From an uncultured Nitrospiraceae bacterium (GTDB taxonomy: Bacteria > Nitrospirota > Thermodesulfovibrionia > Thermodesulfovibrionales > UBA6898): 64,000 nt of DNA. The DNA lies in NCBI GenBank assembly GCA_963811165.1, contig CAWEQH010000004.1, forward strand, positions 352,001-416,000. Direction: 5' to 3'. The position numbers and the translations under genes are program-made. Below, piece after piece: positions 39,073-49,583 of this stretch. The stretch's first letter is position 1; every line of letters starts with the position of its first letter. The notes under the pieces were generated by a model that saw only the letters and a list, made by a program, of their open reading frames with translations, ran no database searches and had not been told where the DNA came from.

Positions 39073-39483
39073 TTATCCCTTAATCTTAGACTTCAAAAAA
39101 ACGCCAAGGGTCATATCAGCAGTTCTTACATGATTACTGAACCATTTAATAAGAAGGTTATTGCTCCTTACTATTACGTCAGCCGTTGGTCCCTCAGTTC
39201 CAAACTTTTTCTTTATGTCAGAAAATACATCTATAAACCAGATATGTTGTATCTTGTGCTGGGAATATCTCTGGTATCCCAATTCTGTCATATATTTTTC
39301 TTCTGTGCCGAAATGAAAAAAAATGTATTTATCTAAAAAAGCAATCAGCCCATTTGTTTCGTCCTTGGCTTTTCCCTTTCTCATGGCTGAGTCAAGGTTA
39401 TTTATCGTCTCAAATAATTCTTTATGCTGGGTATCTATCTCTTCCACACCAACGGAAAAGTCTTGAGTCCAATGTAACTGCAT
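39073..39483 (-). CDS. Bacteriohemerythrin
   Basis: W...SVGVEEIDTQH, HFGTEE, H...H, W..NHV...D. Confidence 0.92.
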   Translation of the reverse strand: MQLHWTQDFSVGVEEIDTQHKELFETINNLDSAMRKGKAKDETNGLIAFLDKYIFFHFGTEEKYMTELGYQRYSQHKIQHIWFIDVFSDIKKKFGTEGPTADVIVRSNNLLIKWFSNHVRTADMTLGVFLKSKIKG

Positions 39484-39740
39484 AAAAAAAGCCTCCTGAT
39501 ATTAAAAAAATATTTATCTGTATTTGTGCCTTACACTTCTTTACTTAGTATATGATAATTAGTGCAGTCTTTGTTCTTGCTGCATATCCGATCTCATCTT
39601 CTAAGCGATACCAAAACCACCCAACGGGGCAGCAACCCAAATCGCGCTGGAGTAATTCTCAAGGGGGATGTGCAGCCCTGATCTTCGGGGATATGATGAA
39701 GTATTTTGGATTAATGTCTAGGGAGCGAGAAGATATAACT

Positions 39741-39909
39741 ATAACAAAAAAATTTATCATGTTAGGTATGGTCATAGGGTCATTCGCTGGCAGTTATATT
39801 CCTGTAATTTGGGGTGACAGTGCGTTTTCCACGTCTTCTCTATATCTTTGGTGCTGTTGGAGGTTTTATCGGTATTTGGGCTGGCTATAAAGTAGCTGAT
39901 TGGTTATAG
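39741..39909 (+). pseudogene. Small Gly-rich membrane protein, frameshifted and without start codon
   Basis: KKFIMLGMVIGSFAGSYIP.IWG..FS / IFGAVGGFIGIWAGYK. Confidence 0.55.
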
Positions 39910-39961
39910 CTTTATTTGCGACATGTGTAGTTCTCCGGCATATTAACGTAGAGTAGAAATA

Positions 39962-40126
39962 TTAAGCCTCTTTGGCTAGGCTTATCATCTTAGAATATGT
40001 TTTTTCTAAGAGTTCTACTGCATCGGGTGCTGTTACATATTGTCCAGAGCTAACTGCTTGAATAACTATATCTGCGGCTTTTAACAAAATAGTTAGTTTT
40101 GTTGGATCATCTAGTAGCATGGTCAT
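39962..40126 (-). CDS. 54-aa hypothetical microprotein
   Basis: RBS AAGGAGGT; MTMLLDDPTKLTILLKAADIVIQAVSSGQYVTAPDAVELLEKTYSKMISLAKEA*. Confidence 0.6.
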   Translation of the reverse strand: MTMLLDDPTKLTILLKAADIVIQAVSSGQYVTAPDAVELLEKTYSKMISLAKEA

Positions 40127-40761
40127 CACCTCCTTTGGGCAATAAAATAGGTGAAATAAAATCTTTGATCCCCTGAATTTTATCAGAATTAAACGGATAG
40201 AGCTAGAATTTCTTCAATAGCAAGCATCGCACTAGTCGGAAAAATCAAACTGACCACTACCCGCCTGAATCGTTAGGTGACTCACAGGCTCTTTGAGTTT
40301 ACAAAAGGGGGTAATCCTTTAAACGTCTTTAAAGCCACGTCCGAGACTCACAAGCCAGGACTATATGTCTGGCTTGTCCCAGAAACCTCCATAACGGCTA
40401 TTGTCTCGTTTTGGTGGGGATTTGGATAACGAGACGGGAGACGATCAGGGTAGGGGGGGTGAGGGGATTATGAAGCTCTCACTTATCAGTAAAATTTCTA
40501 CTAAATTTCTACCGAAATGGAGAACATAAAAGGAAAGGGATTATCTGATGCTGACAACCCCTAAGTCATTGAAATTAAGATAAACGCTTGAAAGTTAAGT
40601 AACTTTTATGCCTTTTTTATCATACAAAAGTTAATTAACTTTGCCACATCCTTGCAAAGAAAGGGTCTAAGTATTGTGATATAATAACAAAAAGTAAGGG
40701 TTTAGAAGGTTTTTGTGCCGGGTTTCACAATCCCTATTTCGGTTTTACAGACGGAGGTTAT

Positions 40762-41757
40762 ATGCCTGAATTAAGAAAAGACCCTATCGTGGGGAGATGG
40801 GTGATTATTTCGGTCGAGAGGGGGAAAAGGCCTACCGATTTTATCTCGCCGTCCCAGAGGAAAAAAGGGGGGTTCTGCCCCTTTTGTCCCGGTAATGAAT
40901 ATACCACGCCCCCCGAGATCATGGCCTTCAGGCCTTCGGGGTTACCGCCTAATTCTCCGGGGTGGACGTTGAGGGTCATGCCCAACAAATTCCCGGCCCT
41001 GCAGATTTACGGAGAGCTCGGCAAGACGGGTGAAGGGATCTTCGACAAGATGAACGGCGTGGGGGCGCATGAGGTAATCATCGAGACGCCGGACCATCAC
41101 CTTTCGCTTTCGACAATGCCTAAAAAGGCGGTCGAGGACGTCTTATGGGCGTGCCATCTCCGGCTCACCGATCTGAAGAAGGACCAGCGCTTTAAATACG
41201 TCCTGATATTCAAAAACGAAGGGGAGGTCGCAGGGGCTACCCTCGAACACTCTCACACTCAGCTGATCGCACTGCCGATTGTCCCTGCGCTTGTCAAGGA
41301 GGAGGTGGACTCTGCGCGCCGCCACTACGAATTCAAGGAACGCTGCATCTTTTGCGATGTCATCACCCAGGAACTTGTGGACGGCAAAAGGGTCATCTAT
41401 GAAAATGCCGGATATGTTGCGCTGTCTCCCTTTGCCCCGAGGTCGCCCTTTGAGACGTGGATCCTGCCGAAACGGCACCAGTCCATGTTCACCCCTTCCG
41501 ATGGGAATTTCGGCGACCTGGCGGAGATACTCCAGAGGATACTTCGACAGACAGACAGGATCCTCGATACGCCTCCGTATAATTTCGTCATTCACACATC
41601 TCCCTTTTACGATGAGATAAACGAGCATTATCACTGGCATATAGAGCTGATGCCGAAACTTACCAAGATAGCCGGTTTCGAATGGGGTTCGGGCTTTTAT
41701 ATCAACCCTACGCCCCCTGAAGAATCGGCCAAGTTCATGCGTGAGGCAAAAATTTAG
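40762..41757 (+). CDS. galT: Galactose-1-phosphate uridylyltransferase family protein
   Basis: ELRKDP, CPFCPGNE, NKFPAL, HSHTQ catalytic motif. Confidence 0.92.
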   Translation: MPELRKDPIVGRWVIISVERGKRPTDFISPSQRKKGGFCPFCPGNEYTTPPEIMAFRPSGLPPNSPGWTLRVMPNKFPALQIYGELGKTGEGIFDKMNGVGAHEVIIETPDHHLSLSTMPKKAVEDVLWACHLRLTDLKKDQRFKYVLIFKNEGEVAGATLEHSHTQLIALPIVPALVKEEVDSARRHYEFKERCIFCDVITQELVDGKRVIYENAGYVALSPFAPRSPFETWILPKRHQSMFTPSDGNFGDLAEILQRILRQTDRILDTPPYNFVIHTSPFYDEINEHYHWHIELMPKLTKIAGFEWGSGFYINPTPPEESAKFMREAKI

Positions 41758-41770
41758 CGATGGGTTTGAT

Positions 41771-43216
41771 ATGAGGATACTGATTGCGACGCCGGAGGCC
41801 GTGCCGTATATAAAGACCGGCGGACTGGGAGACGTTACGGGCGCGCTCGTGAAGGAGTTCCGCAGACGAAATATGGATGCGTCGCTGGTGCTCCCCCTTT
41901 ATAAGACAATCAGAGACCACTTCACTCCCCAACCGACGGGAAAGGGCTTCAGCCTGAGGATGGGCGACATTTCCATCGAAGGCAAGGTCTGGGTTTCGGA
42001 CGGATCGCCGGTGCCCCATGCGTATTTTATAGAATGCGAAAGGTTATTCGGGAGGACCGAGCTTTACGGACCTCCGGGTAATGGGTATCCCGACAACGCG
42101 TTGCGCTTCGCCTTTTTTTCGAGGGCCGTGCTTGAGACTTGCCTCGCGATGGACGTCCGGCCCGATGTCATACACTGCAACGACTGGCAGACGGGCATGC
42201 TGCCGCTTTATCTGAGCGGTCTTTACCGGGAGCGTCTTGACCGCACGGCTACCCTTTATACGATCCATAACCTGGGCTATCAGGGGATCTTCGCCGCGTC
42301 CGACCTGAAGTATACGGGGATTGGAAAGGACTATTTTACGCCGGAGAAGATCGAGTTTTACGGCAGCATGAATTTCATGAAGGCAGGACTGCTGTATGCG
42401 GACCTGCTTACCACGGTGAGCGAAACGTATGCGGGTGAAATCCTTCAAAGCGAGTTCGGGTTCGGGCTTGAAGGGGTATTGAGTATGCGCAGGGATGACC
42501 TCTACGGAGTGATAAACGGGATAGACTACGATGAGTGGGACCCGGCCGGAGACCCGATGATCCCCAGAAAGTACGGCCCCGATACCCTTGGGGGCAAGGC
42601 CGAATGCAGAAGGGTACTACTTCAAGAAGCGGGGATTACGCATGAGAAGTCTCCTCTTTTTGGAGTGGTGAGCAGGTTTTCAGGACAGAAAGGGATTGAC
42701 CTGATATCGGAATCGGTTGATGATCTGATTTCCCTTGGGGTGAATGTCGTTGTCTTGGGGAAGGGCGATGCCTATTACCAGAAACTCCTGACCGACATAG
42801 CCGGCAGGCACCCCGGGCGCATATTTGTCAGGGCCGGATTCGAAGAGAGGCTCGCCCGCCTTATCTATGCCGGCAGCGATTTTTTCCTGATGCCTTCCCG
42901 GTATGAACCCTGCGGACTCGGCCAATTGATCGCACTCAGATACGGTGCGGTCCCTGTGGTGAGAAGGACAGGGGGCCTTGCCGATACGGTACGAGATTAT
43001 GATCATCTTTCAGCCAGAGGGACAGGGTTCCTCTTCGAGGATTACACTCCGTCCGGCCTAAAAAATGCGGTGAAGAGGGCAGCCTGCGTCTTTGTCGAGA
43101 AACGGAGGCTGGGCCGGGTGGTGCGTGAGGCGATGGGTGAAGATTTTTCCTGGAGAAGATCCGCCGACACATATCTCGGACTTTACGAAAAGGCCGTGCA
43201 GAGGTTGACCGCATGA
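41771..43216 (+). CDS. glgA: Glycogen synthase
   Basis: KTGGLGDV, HCNDWQT, HNLGYQG, PSRYEPCGL, TGGL. Confidence 0.96.
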   Translation: MRILIATPEAVPYIKTGGLGDVTGALVKEFRRRNMDASLVLPLYKTIRDHFTPQPTGKGFSLRMGDISIEGKVWVSDGSPVPHAYFIECERLFGRTELYGPPGNGYPDNALRFAFFSRAVLETCLAMDVRPDVIHCNDWQTGMLPLYLSGLYRERLDRTATLYTIHNLGYQGIFAASDLKYTGIGKDYFTPEKIEFYGSMNFMKAGLLYADLLTTVSETYAGEILQSEFGFGLEGVLSMRRDDLYGVINGIDYDEWDPAGDPMIPRKYGPDTLGGKAECRRVLLQEAGITHEKSPLFGVVSRFSGQKGIDLISESVDDLISLGVNVVVLGKGDAYYQKLLTDIAGRHPGRIFVRAGFEERLARLIYAGSDFFLMPSRYEPCGLGQLIALRYGAVPVVRRTGGLADTVRDYDHLSARGTGFLFEDYTPSGLKNAVKRAACVFVEKRRLGRVVREAMGEDFSWRRSADTYLGLYEKAVQRLTA

Positions 43217-46200
43217 ACTTCAGAGTGAAGTTGTCGGTCATGCTATCGGCGTTCCTGGTCCTTGTCGCTGTCTTGGCTGCGGGGAGCGTGCTGATCTTCG
43301 ACAGGATGAGCGACTCAATGGGCGCGCTTCTGCCGGTAAGCGAGAGAAACAAGCTCTACAATGAACTCGACCGCAACATCGGAGAGTTTTCGGAGACGGC
43401 CAAAAACTGGGGACTGACCGGAGACCTGCGGTTTCAGAGACTCTACCGCAAGAAGCTGGCGGACGTAAACAGGAGTTTCGGCAACCTAAACGTGACCGCA
43501 AGGGATAATGGAGAACTCCGGGAGATCGAAAGCGAATTCCAAAGGGTGCTGACCTACGCAACCCCCGTTATGGAGAACAGGCAGCCCGTCGGCGACCCTG
43601 AGGTCCTCCGCTACCTTCAGAAGATGGATATTGACACGATCGACGTGATAACGAAAATCGACCAACTCCAGCAACGGTCGGTCGATACCGTCCTCAATGT
43701 CGTCAAGGAAGGCGCTTTGGTGAAAAAAGAGATGATCTACTACCACGTCTCTCTCATTACCTGTAGCGTGCTCATGGCCATATTTCTCATCCTTCGAATC
43801 AGAAGGGCGATCGCCGCCCCTTTTAACGAACTTCTGACGGCCACCGAAAGGATAGGCAAGGGAGACCTTTCTTATCGGATACACACAGTCCGCAGGGACG
43901 AGTGCGGTGTGGTCGCCAAAAGGTTCGACAGCATGGTGGAGGACCTGGAATCTTCAAACCGGCAGATAGGAAGGAAGCTTGCCGAGACAGAACTCCTCCT
44001 TGAGGTCACGAAGATTGCAGGGACGACGCTTGACCTAAGGGACGCGCTTGCGTTCATAACCGAGACGATCGCAAACGGGCTCAATTACGAAAGCAGCGGG
44101 GTCTATATGTTTAGGCCCGATCAAAACTCTTTCTGTATCGGCCCGGGCTGCAAGGCGGACGTCGCCTGCCTTCCTGCTGAAGAGGGGATAGCGAATGAAA
44201 TTGTGAGTACGTTAAGCCCTGTCATTGTGCATGACGCCACCGGATCCAGGGAATCCGATCCCGTCTTCAGGGAGGGCTACCGCTCGGGGGTTGCCCTCCC
44301 CATTATCCGCGGCCATATGGTCTCGGGCCTCCTGCTTATCAGGAAGAAGTCTGCGCATGTGTTTACTGATGATGAGATCAGTACGCTCGAGATCCTGGCC
44401 CATACCGTAGGATCTGTGATAAGGAACGCCGAGCTCTATCTCGCCACTAAAAAGCAGCTTGAAAAGCTGATGGTGCTGTATGAGCTGAGCCGGGCCGTGA
44501 CCTCGGTCCTCGACCTCGAAGACCTGCTTAAGAAAATGGCCGAGGAGATCTCCAGAGTGCTCTCTTCGAGTGGCTGCATCATACGACTGCTCGAAAACGA
44601 CAAGCTCAGGGTTAAATCGCATTTTGGGCTTCCCGCGGGGGTTGAAGATGAAATGGAACTGCGGGTGGGAGAAGGGCTTGCGGGATGGGTTGCGCAGGAA
44701 GGTACACCCTTACTGGTGGAGGATATGTCAAAGATGCCGCCGGGCATGAGGGTCCCGCTGCTGGACGTGAAATCCATGATCTGTGTTCCCCTGAAGGTCG
44801 GTGATGCGGTCATAGGCACCCTGGGACTTTACGATAAATACGACTCAGAAGGCCGTACGACACCTTTTACCCCCGACGACATGAACACCGCCGAAGGCTT
44901 TGCTTCCATATCGGCGATCGCCATAGACAAATCAAAGGCATACGAGCATGAAGTGAGCAGGGAGCAGGAGGCGATAGAGGCAAAGAAACGGCTGGATGTC
45001 CTCTTCGACAGTGTGCAGGGGGGTATCATCACCCTCGACAGGGACTTTACGATCATTTCTGTAAACAAATACATCGAAGATTGGGTGAGCATGCCGCCTG
45101 AGATGCTCGTCGGCCACAGCAGCCTGGATATCTTTCATGAGAAGATAGGCATATGTCCTCACTGTGCCGCAAAGTCGACCTTCGAGACCGGGCAGATAAA
45201 CTCTATCACGCAATCGAGGGGGGTAAACTACGCGGAACTTACCGCTTATCCGATAAAGGAAGGGGAGGGGACAATCAGAGAGTGCGTCGTATTCGTGCAG
45301 GATATTACGGAACGGGTGCTCTATCAGGAGGAGACGCTCAGCCTCTACCGGGAAGTTATCCAGACAAAGGAATATCTCGAAAGTATCATCAGTCATTCCG
45401 CAGATGCGATCGTCACGACAGACCTCGAGGGCATAATCACCTCGTGGAACGAGGGTGCGGAGAAGACGTTCGGCTTCAGCGAGTCCGAGGCCATAGGCAA
45501 GTTCATGCTTTTTGTTCCCGATTTCCTCCTTGAAAAGGAGAAGGAGAATATCGAGAAGTTAAAAAAAGGCGAGGTCCTGAAGGATATCGAAACTCTGCGA
45601 AAGAAGAAGGACGGTATGATCATAGAGGTCAGCCTCACGCTGTCTCCGATCAAGGACGCTGCCGGAGATATCATAGGCATAAGCGGCATTTCGAGGGACA
45701 TATCCGGAAAAAAGAGCGTGGAGAAGGAGCTGATTAGACGCAACCAGGAGCTTTCCAGATTGTTCTTTATAAGTTCGGCGATGAGGGGCACTCTTGAGCT
45801 GGACAAGCTGCTCCGCATGGTCCTGGTGGCTGTTACGATGAGCGACGGTATGGGGTTCAACAGGGCGATCCTATTTCTCTTGGATGAATCGAAAAATGTC
45901 TTGAAAGGCGCGATGGGGGTCGGGCCGGGGAGTCCGGAGGAGGCATGGAAGATATGGGACGAACTCTCATTACAGAAAAAGACCCTCAACGACATTATGC
46001 AGGACGTCATCAGCGGTCCTCTTAAGAGTGACGGGTTCCTCGACAGGTTGACCCTCGGGATGGAGATCCCTCTGAATGAGGAGACCGTCCTGGCCCGGGC
46101 GGTGAAGGAGAAAAAGTCCTATAATGTGACGGACGTCAAAGCAGAAGCGCTTTCCGATACGATACTGATACAACAGCTTGGCACGCAGGCCTATGCAGTG

Positions 46201-47394
46201 GTCCCCCTGATGTCGAGGGACAAGGTGATAGGGATCATATGGGTGGACAACTACTTCAACAGAAAACAGATAACCGACGAAGACATGACGTTTCTTACGA
46301 GTTTCTCAAATCACGTTGCATCGGCTATTGAAAACGCTCGCCTTTTCGAGCAGGTGACAATGGCCGAACAGCAGCTCGAAAATATCTTCGAGTCGATGTC
46401 GGACATGGTCTACTTCAACAGCAAGGATTACGAGATAAAGAGCGTCAACCGGGCGGTCTGCAGCAAGCTCGGACTTCCGCCGGCAGAGATTATCGGCAAA
46501 AAGTGTTACGAGGTCTTCCACGGGATGAAAGAGCCCTACGAAAAATGCCCCCATCATAAAACGGTAACTACCAAGAAGGCGTATATAGAGGAACTCGACG
46601 ACCCGCATATGGGCGGGACGTTCCTGACGTCCAGTTCCCCCATCTTCGACCTGACCGGGGAATTCATCGGGTCGGTGCATGTGGTCCGGGACATCAGTGA
46701 GCTTAAAAGCCTGCGCGAGAAGCTTGTGATGGCGGAGAAAATGGCCGCCCTGGGCGAAGTGGCGGCGAAAGTCGCGCACGAAATAAGGAACCCGCTTGTC
46801 TCCGTCGGGGGGTTTGCAAAGAGGCTCGAAAAGAAACTTGACGGCAACCTCAGAGAATATGCAGGTATTATCGTAAAGGAGGTGGAAAGGCTCGAGGACA
46901 TCCTCAAGGAGATCCTCGGCTTTGTCAAGGAGGCGAGACTCGCAAGGGAAGTGGTTAACCTCAATTCCCTTTTGGATGGCGTGCTGAAGCTCATGGAATC
47001 CGGGCTCGAAGACAGGGGGGTTATGGTGACAAGGGACTTCAAACTACAGGCCGAAGTCTTCGTCGACTCTAACCGGGTGAAGGAGGCGTTTGTCAATATC
47101 CTGTCCAATGCGGTGCAGTCCATCTCGGGCAGCGGCTCCGTATCCGTCAGCACATATCTGAAGGGGACCGATGCGGTCGTGGAGGTAAGAGATACGGGGA
47201 AGGGGATCCAGGAAGAGGAAATCCCGTTCATCTTTAACCCTTTTTTTACGACGAAGCCCTCGGGCACGGGTCTCGGGCTTGCGATCACCCACAGGATAAT
47301 ACAGGAACATAACGGCACAATCGAGGTCGAAAGCGAAGTCGGCAAAGGGAGTGTCTTTAGGGTGTTTATACCAATCAAGGAGGAACAAAGATGA
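43213..47394 (+). CDS. Multi-sensor histidine kinase (periplasmic 4-helix bundle, HAMP, 3 GAF, 3 PAS)
   Basis: 2 TM, HAMP, GAF and PAS motifs, AHEIRNPL, GTGLGL. Confidence 0.93.
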   Translation: MNFRVKLSVMLSAFLVLVAVLAAGSVLIFDRMSDSMGALLPVSERNKLYNELDRNIGEFSETAKNWGLTGDLRFQRLYRKKLADVNRSFGNLNVTARDNGELREIESEFQRVLTYATPVMENRQPVGDPEVLRYLQKMDIDTIDVITKIDQLQQRSVDTVLNVVKEGALVKKEMIYYHVSLITCSVLMAIFLILRIRRAIAAPFNELLTATERIGKGDLSYRIHTVRRDECGVVAKRFDSMVEDLESSNRQIGRKLAETELLLEVTKIAGTTLDLRDALAFITETIANGLNYESSGVYMFRPDQNSFCIGPGCKADVACLPAEEGIANEIVSTLSPVIVHDATGSRESDPVFREGYRSGVALPIIRGHMVSGLLLIRKKSAHVFTDDEISTLEILAHTVGSVIRNAELYLATKKQLEKLMVLYELSRAVTSVLDLEDLLKKMAEEISRVLSSSGCIIRLLENDKLRVKSHFGLPAGVEDEMELRVGEGLAGWVAQEGTPLLVEDMSKMPPGMRVPLLDVKSMICVPLKVGDAVIGTLGLYDKYDSEGRTTPFTPDDMNTAEGFASISAIAIDKSKAYEHEVSREQEAIEAKKRLDVLFDSVQGGIITLDRDFTIISVNKYIEDWVSMPPEMLVGHSSLDIFHEKIGICPHCAAKSTFETGQINSITQSRGVNYAELTAYPIKEGEGTIRECVVFVQDITERVLYQEETLSLYREVIQTKEYLESIISHSADAIVTTDLEGIITSWNEGAEKTFGFSESEAIGKFMLFVPDFLLEKEKENIEKLKKGEVLKDIETLRKKKDGMIIEVSLTLSPIKDAAGDIIGISGISRDISGKKSVEKELIRRNQELSRLFFISSAMRGTLELDKLLRMVLVAVTMSDGMGFNRAILFLLDESKNVLKGAMGVGPGSPEEAWKIWDELSLQKKTLNDIMQDVISGPLKSDGFLDRLTLGMEIPLNEETVLARAVKEKKSYNVTDVKAEALSDTILIQQLGTQAYAVVPLMSRDKVIGIIWVDNYFNRKQITDEDMTFLTSFSNHVASAIENARLFEQVTMAEQQLENIFESMSDMVYFNSKDYEIKSVNRAVCSKLGLPPAEIIGKKCYEVFHGMKEPYEKCPHHKTVTTKKAYIEELDDPHMGGTFLTSSSPIFDLTGEFIGSVHVVRDISELKSLREKLVMAEKMAALGEVAAKVAHEIRNPLVSVGGFAKRLEKKLDGNLREYAGIIVKEVERLEDILKEILGFVKEARLAREVVNLNSLLDGVLKLMESGLEDRGVMVTRDFKLQAEVFVDSNRVKEAFVNILSNAVQSISGSGSVSVSTYLKGTDAVVEVRDTGKGIQEEEIPFIFNPFFTTKPSGTGLGLAITHRIIQEHNGTIEVESEVGKGSVFRVFIPIKEEQR

Positions 47395-47741
47395 AGATTC
47401 TGATTGTTGACGATGACCAAAACATCCTCAGGCTGTACAAGGAAGAGCTCGAGGAAGAGGGGTATGTTATCGTGACGGCGTCCAACGGGCAGGAGGCGAT
47501 GGAACAGTTCGAGCGGGAGGTCCCTGATCTGGTTACCCTCGACATTCTTTTGCCCGATGTGGACGGCATCAAACTGCTTCGGCAGATGAAGGAGAAAAGG
47601 CCGCGGCTGCCCGTGATCATGTCCACCGCGTACGACTACAGGGACGATTTTGCGGTGTGGGCCTCCGAGGCGTATATAGTGAAATCGGCCGACCTTACCG
47701 AGCTCAAGGCAACTATCAAGAAGCTGGCCGAAAGGGAATAG
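47391..47741 (+). CDS. Single-domain response regulator
   Basis: ILIVDDD, VTLDILLP; ATGA overlap with the kinase. Confidence 0.93.
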   Translation: MKILIVDDDQNILRLYKEELEEEGYVIVTASNGQEAMEQFEREVPDLVTLDILLPDVDGIKLLRQMKEKRPRLPVIMSTAYDYRDDFAVWASEAYIVKSADLTELKATIKKLAERE

Positions 47742-47745
47742 GAAA

Positions 47746-48948
47746 ATGGGAATGATACTCGAGTCCCTCTCGCCGGCCTACGGCGGGTACTCCATCGCCA
47801 GGGACGAAAAGGTGATATTGATCAAGGGCGCCATCCCTGGAGAAATCGTGGACGTGGAGATCCTGGAAAAGAAAAGGGACTATTCTGTCGGCTTTGTGGT
47901 GAATGTGATAGAGCCGTCCGCAGACAGGGTTGATCCTCCCTGTCCGGTCTTCGGCAAGTGCGGGGGCTGCCAGTTGCAGTACATACAATATGAAAGGCAG
48001 GTGGCGATGAAGGACGAGGTCCTTCGGGACACCCTTGCCAGGCTCGGCAAGGTCCAGACCGACCTTGGCGCTCCGCTTTGGGGATCGAACTGGCATTACA
48101 GACAAAAGGCGCAGTTCAAGGTCTCTAAGACCGGCGAGATCGGTTTTTTCAGGGAATCTTCACGCGACGTGATTACATTTGATGAATGTCCGTTGATGAA
48201 TGACGACATTAACGCGCTCCTGAGAAAGATAAAGGAGAAGTGTGCTGTCGGCAACCTTAGTGATATTCATATCGCAGCCGGCGATACCCCTGTGGCGCTC
48301 CTTAAGGGAAAGGGGTATAATGCGGCTTCCTTCGAGGATTTTGTAGCGGCCGGTCTTTCCGGCATCGCCTACAACGATTCGATCGCCTATGGAGGGGCCT
48401 ACACGGGATTTGATTTAAACGGCCTGAGATATACTATCTCTCCCTGGTCTTTTTTCCAGGCCCACTGGGACCTAAATAAAAGGGTCGTTGAGTTTATGAC
48501 AGAAAGAATGGGCCCCCTTGAAGGGAAGCATGTCCTTGATCTCTACGCAGGAGCGGGTAATTTTTCGTTGCCCTGCGCTGCCCGCGGTGCGGAAGTGGTC
48601 GCAGTGGAAGAGAATGCGTATGCGGTAGAAGACGGCAATAGGAACCTTGAATTAAACGGGATAAAGAACTGCAAGATTGTGAAGTCCTCCTCCGAAAAAT
48701 ATCGTATCAACAAGAGATTCGACGTCATCATCCTGGACCCCCCGAGGCCCGGACTCACCTCAGAGGTGATAAAGAAGATTATGGATAACCCTTCCGAGGC
48801 GATCGTCTACGTCTCGTGCAACCCCGCGACGCTTGCGAGGGACGTTAAGAAACTGAAGGAAAAATACGATCTTCAGTCGGTCCATCAGATAGATTTTTTC
48901 CCCAATACCTTCCATATCGAGTCCATCTCTCTTTTGAAAATACGATAG
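47746..48948 (+). CDS. RlmD/TrmA-family RNA (uracil-5)-methyltransferase
   Basis: TRAM domain, C..FG.CGGC, SFFQ, DLYAGAG, DPPRPG, YVSCNP. Confidence 0.92.
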   Translation: MGMILESLSPAYGGYSIARDEKVILIKGAIPGEIVDVEILEKKRDYSVGFVVNVIEPSADRVDPPCPVFGKCGGCQLQYIQYERQVAMKDEVLRDTLARLGKVQTDLGAPLWGSNWHYRQKAQFKVSKTGEIGFFRESSRDVITFDECPLMNDDINALLRKIKEKCAVGNLSDIHIAAGDTPVALLKGKGYNAASFEDFVAAGLSGIAYNDSIAYGGAYTGFDLNGLRYTISPWSFFQAHWDLNKRVVEFMTERMGPLEGKHVLDLYAGAGNFSLPCAARGAEVVAVEENAYAVEDGNRNLELNGIKNCKIVKSSSEKYRINKRFDVIILDPPRPGLTSEVIKKIMDNPSEAIVYVSCNPATLARDVKKLKEKYDLQSVHQIDFFPNTFHIESISLLKIR

Positions 48949-49243
48949 TGTATTTCAGTGATTGCCCGAAACATGGGAGATTTTTATGGTGCGGCATTCT
49001 ATCCGGCCTCGCCCGAAATCCACTGACACGCATCCCCCTTTGTTAGGCTACCCCATAAGACTGAGGAAATATATAGGTATTTGTCTGGTAATGTTATAGG
49101 ACTTGTTGCCGACAAATATCATCTCTTCACGATAGAGATTGACCTGAACGAGAAGAAATTGAGGAGATACATCAAGAGTCTGAAGATAATAAACAGGCAA
49201 AGCCCTGTCAGAACCGTTATAATGAACCATTAGGAGGTGATGT

Positions 49244-49519
49244 ATGTTTGAAGGATTGTTTCAACCGTTGCACATGATCATAATTTTGGCGATAGCCCTG
49301 ATAATCTTCGGTCCCGGCAAACTGCCCGAACTGGGTAAGGGACTAGGCAAGGCTATGAGAGAATTCAAAAAGGCCACGTCAGATGCCGCCAGGGATATTG
49401 ATGTTACCCACGAGGTTAAGGAAATACCGAAGGAAATAACATCCCCCACCACAATGGAGACGAAGCAAGAAGCCGCCACAAAGGAAACAGTGGAAACCAA
49501 GAAAGAAACTACTGTATAG
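49244..49519 (+). CDS. tatA: Tat translocase subunit TatA/E (copy 2)
   Basis: First 42 aa identical to copy 1. Confidence 0.93.
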   Translation: MFEGLFQPLHMIIILAIALIIFGPGKLPELGKGLGKAMREFKKATSDAARDIDVTHEVKEIPKEITSPTTMETKQEAATKETVETKKETTV

Positions 49520-49583
49520 GCAAACCCTAGAGCGTTATGGACACATCATAGAGCCGGCTTTTCGGGGGTTCCTGCCCGCGGGA

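Noticed and set aside
49517..49583. Possible c-di-GMP-I riboswitch (GGCAAACC...)
   Set aside because: Lacks the GAAA tetraloop and GACGCAAAG; lies between convergent genes
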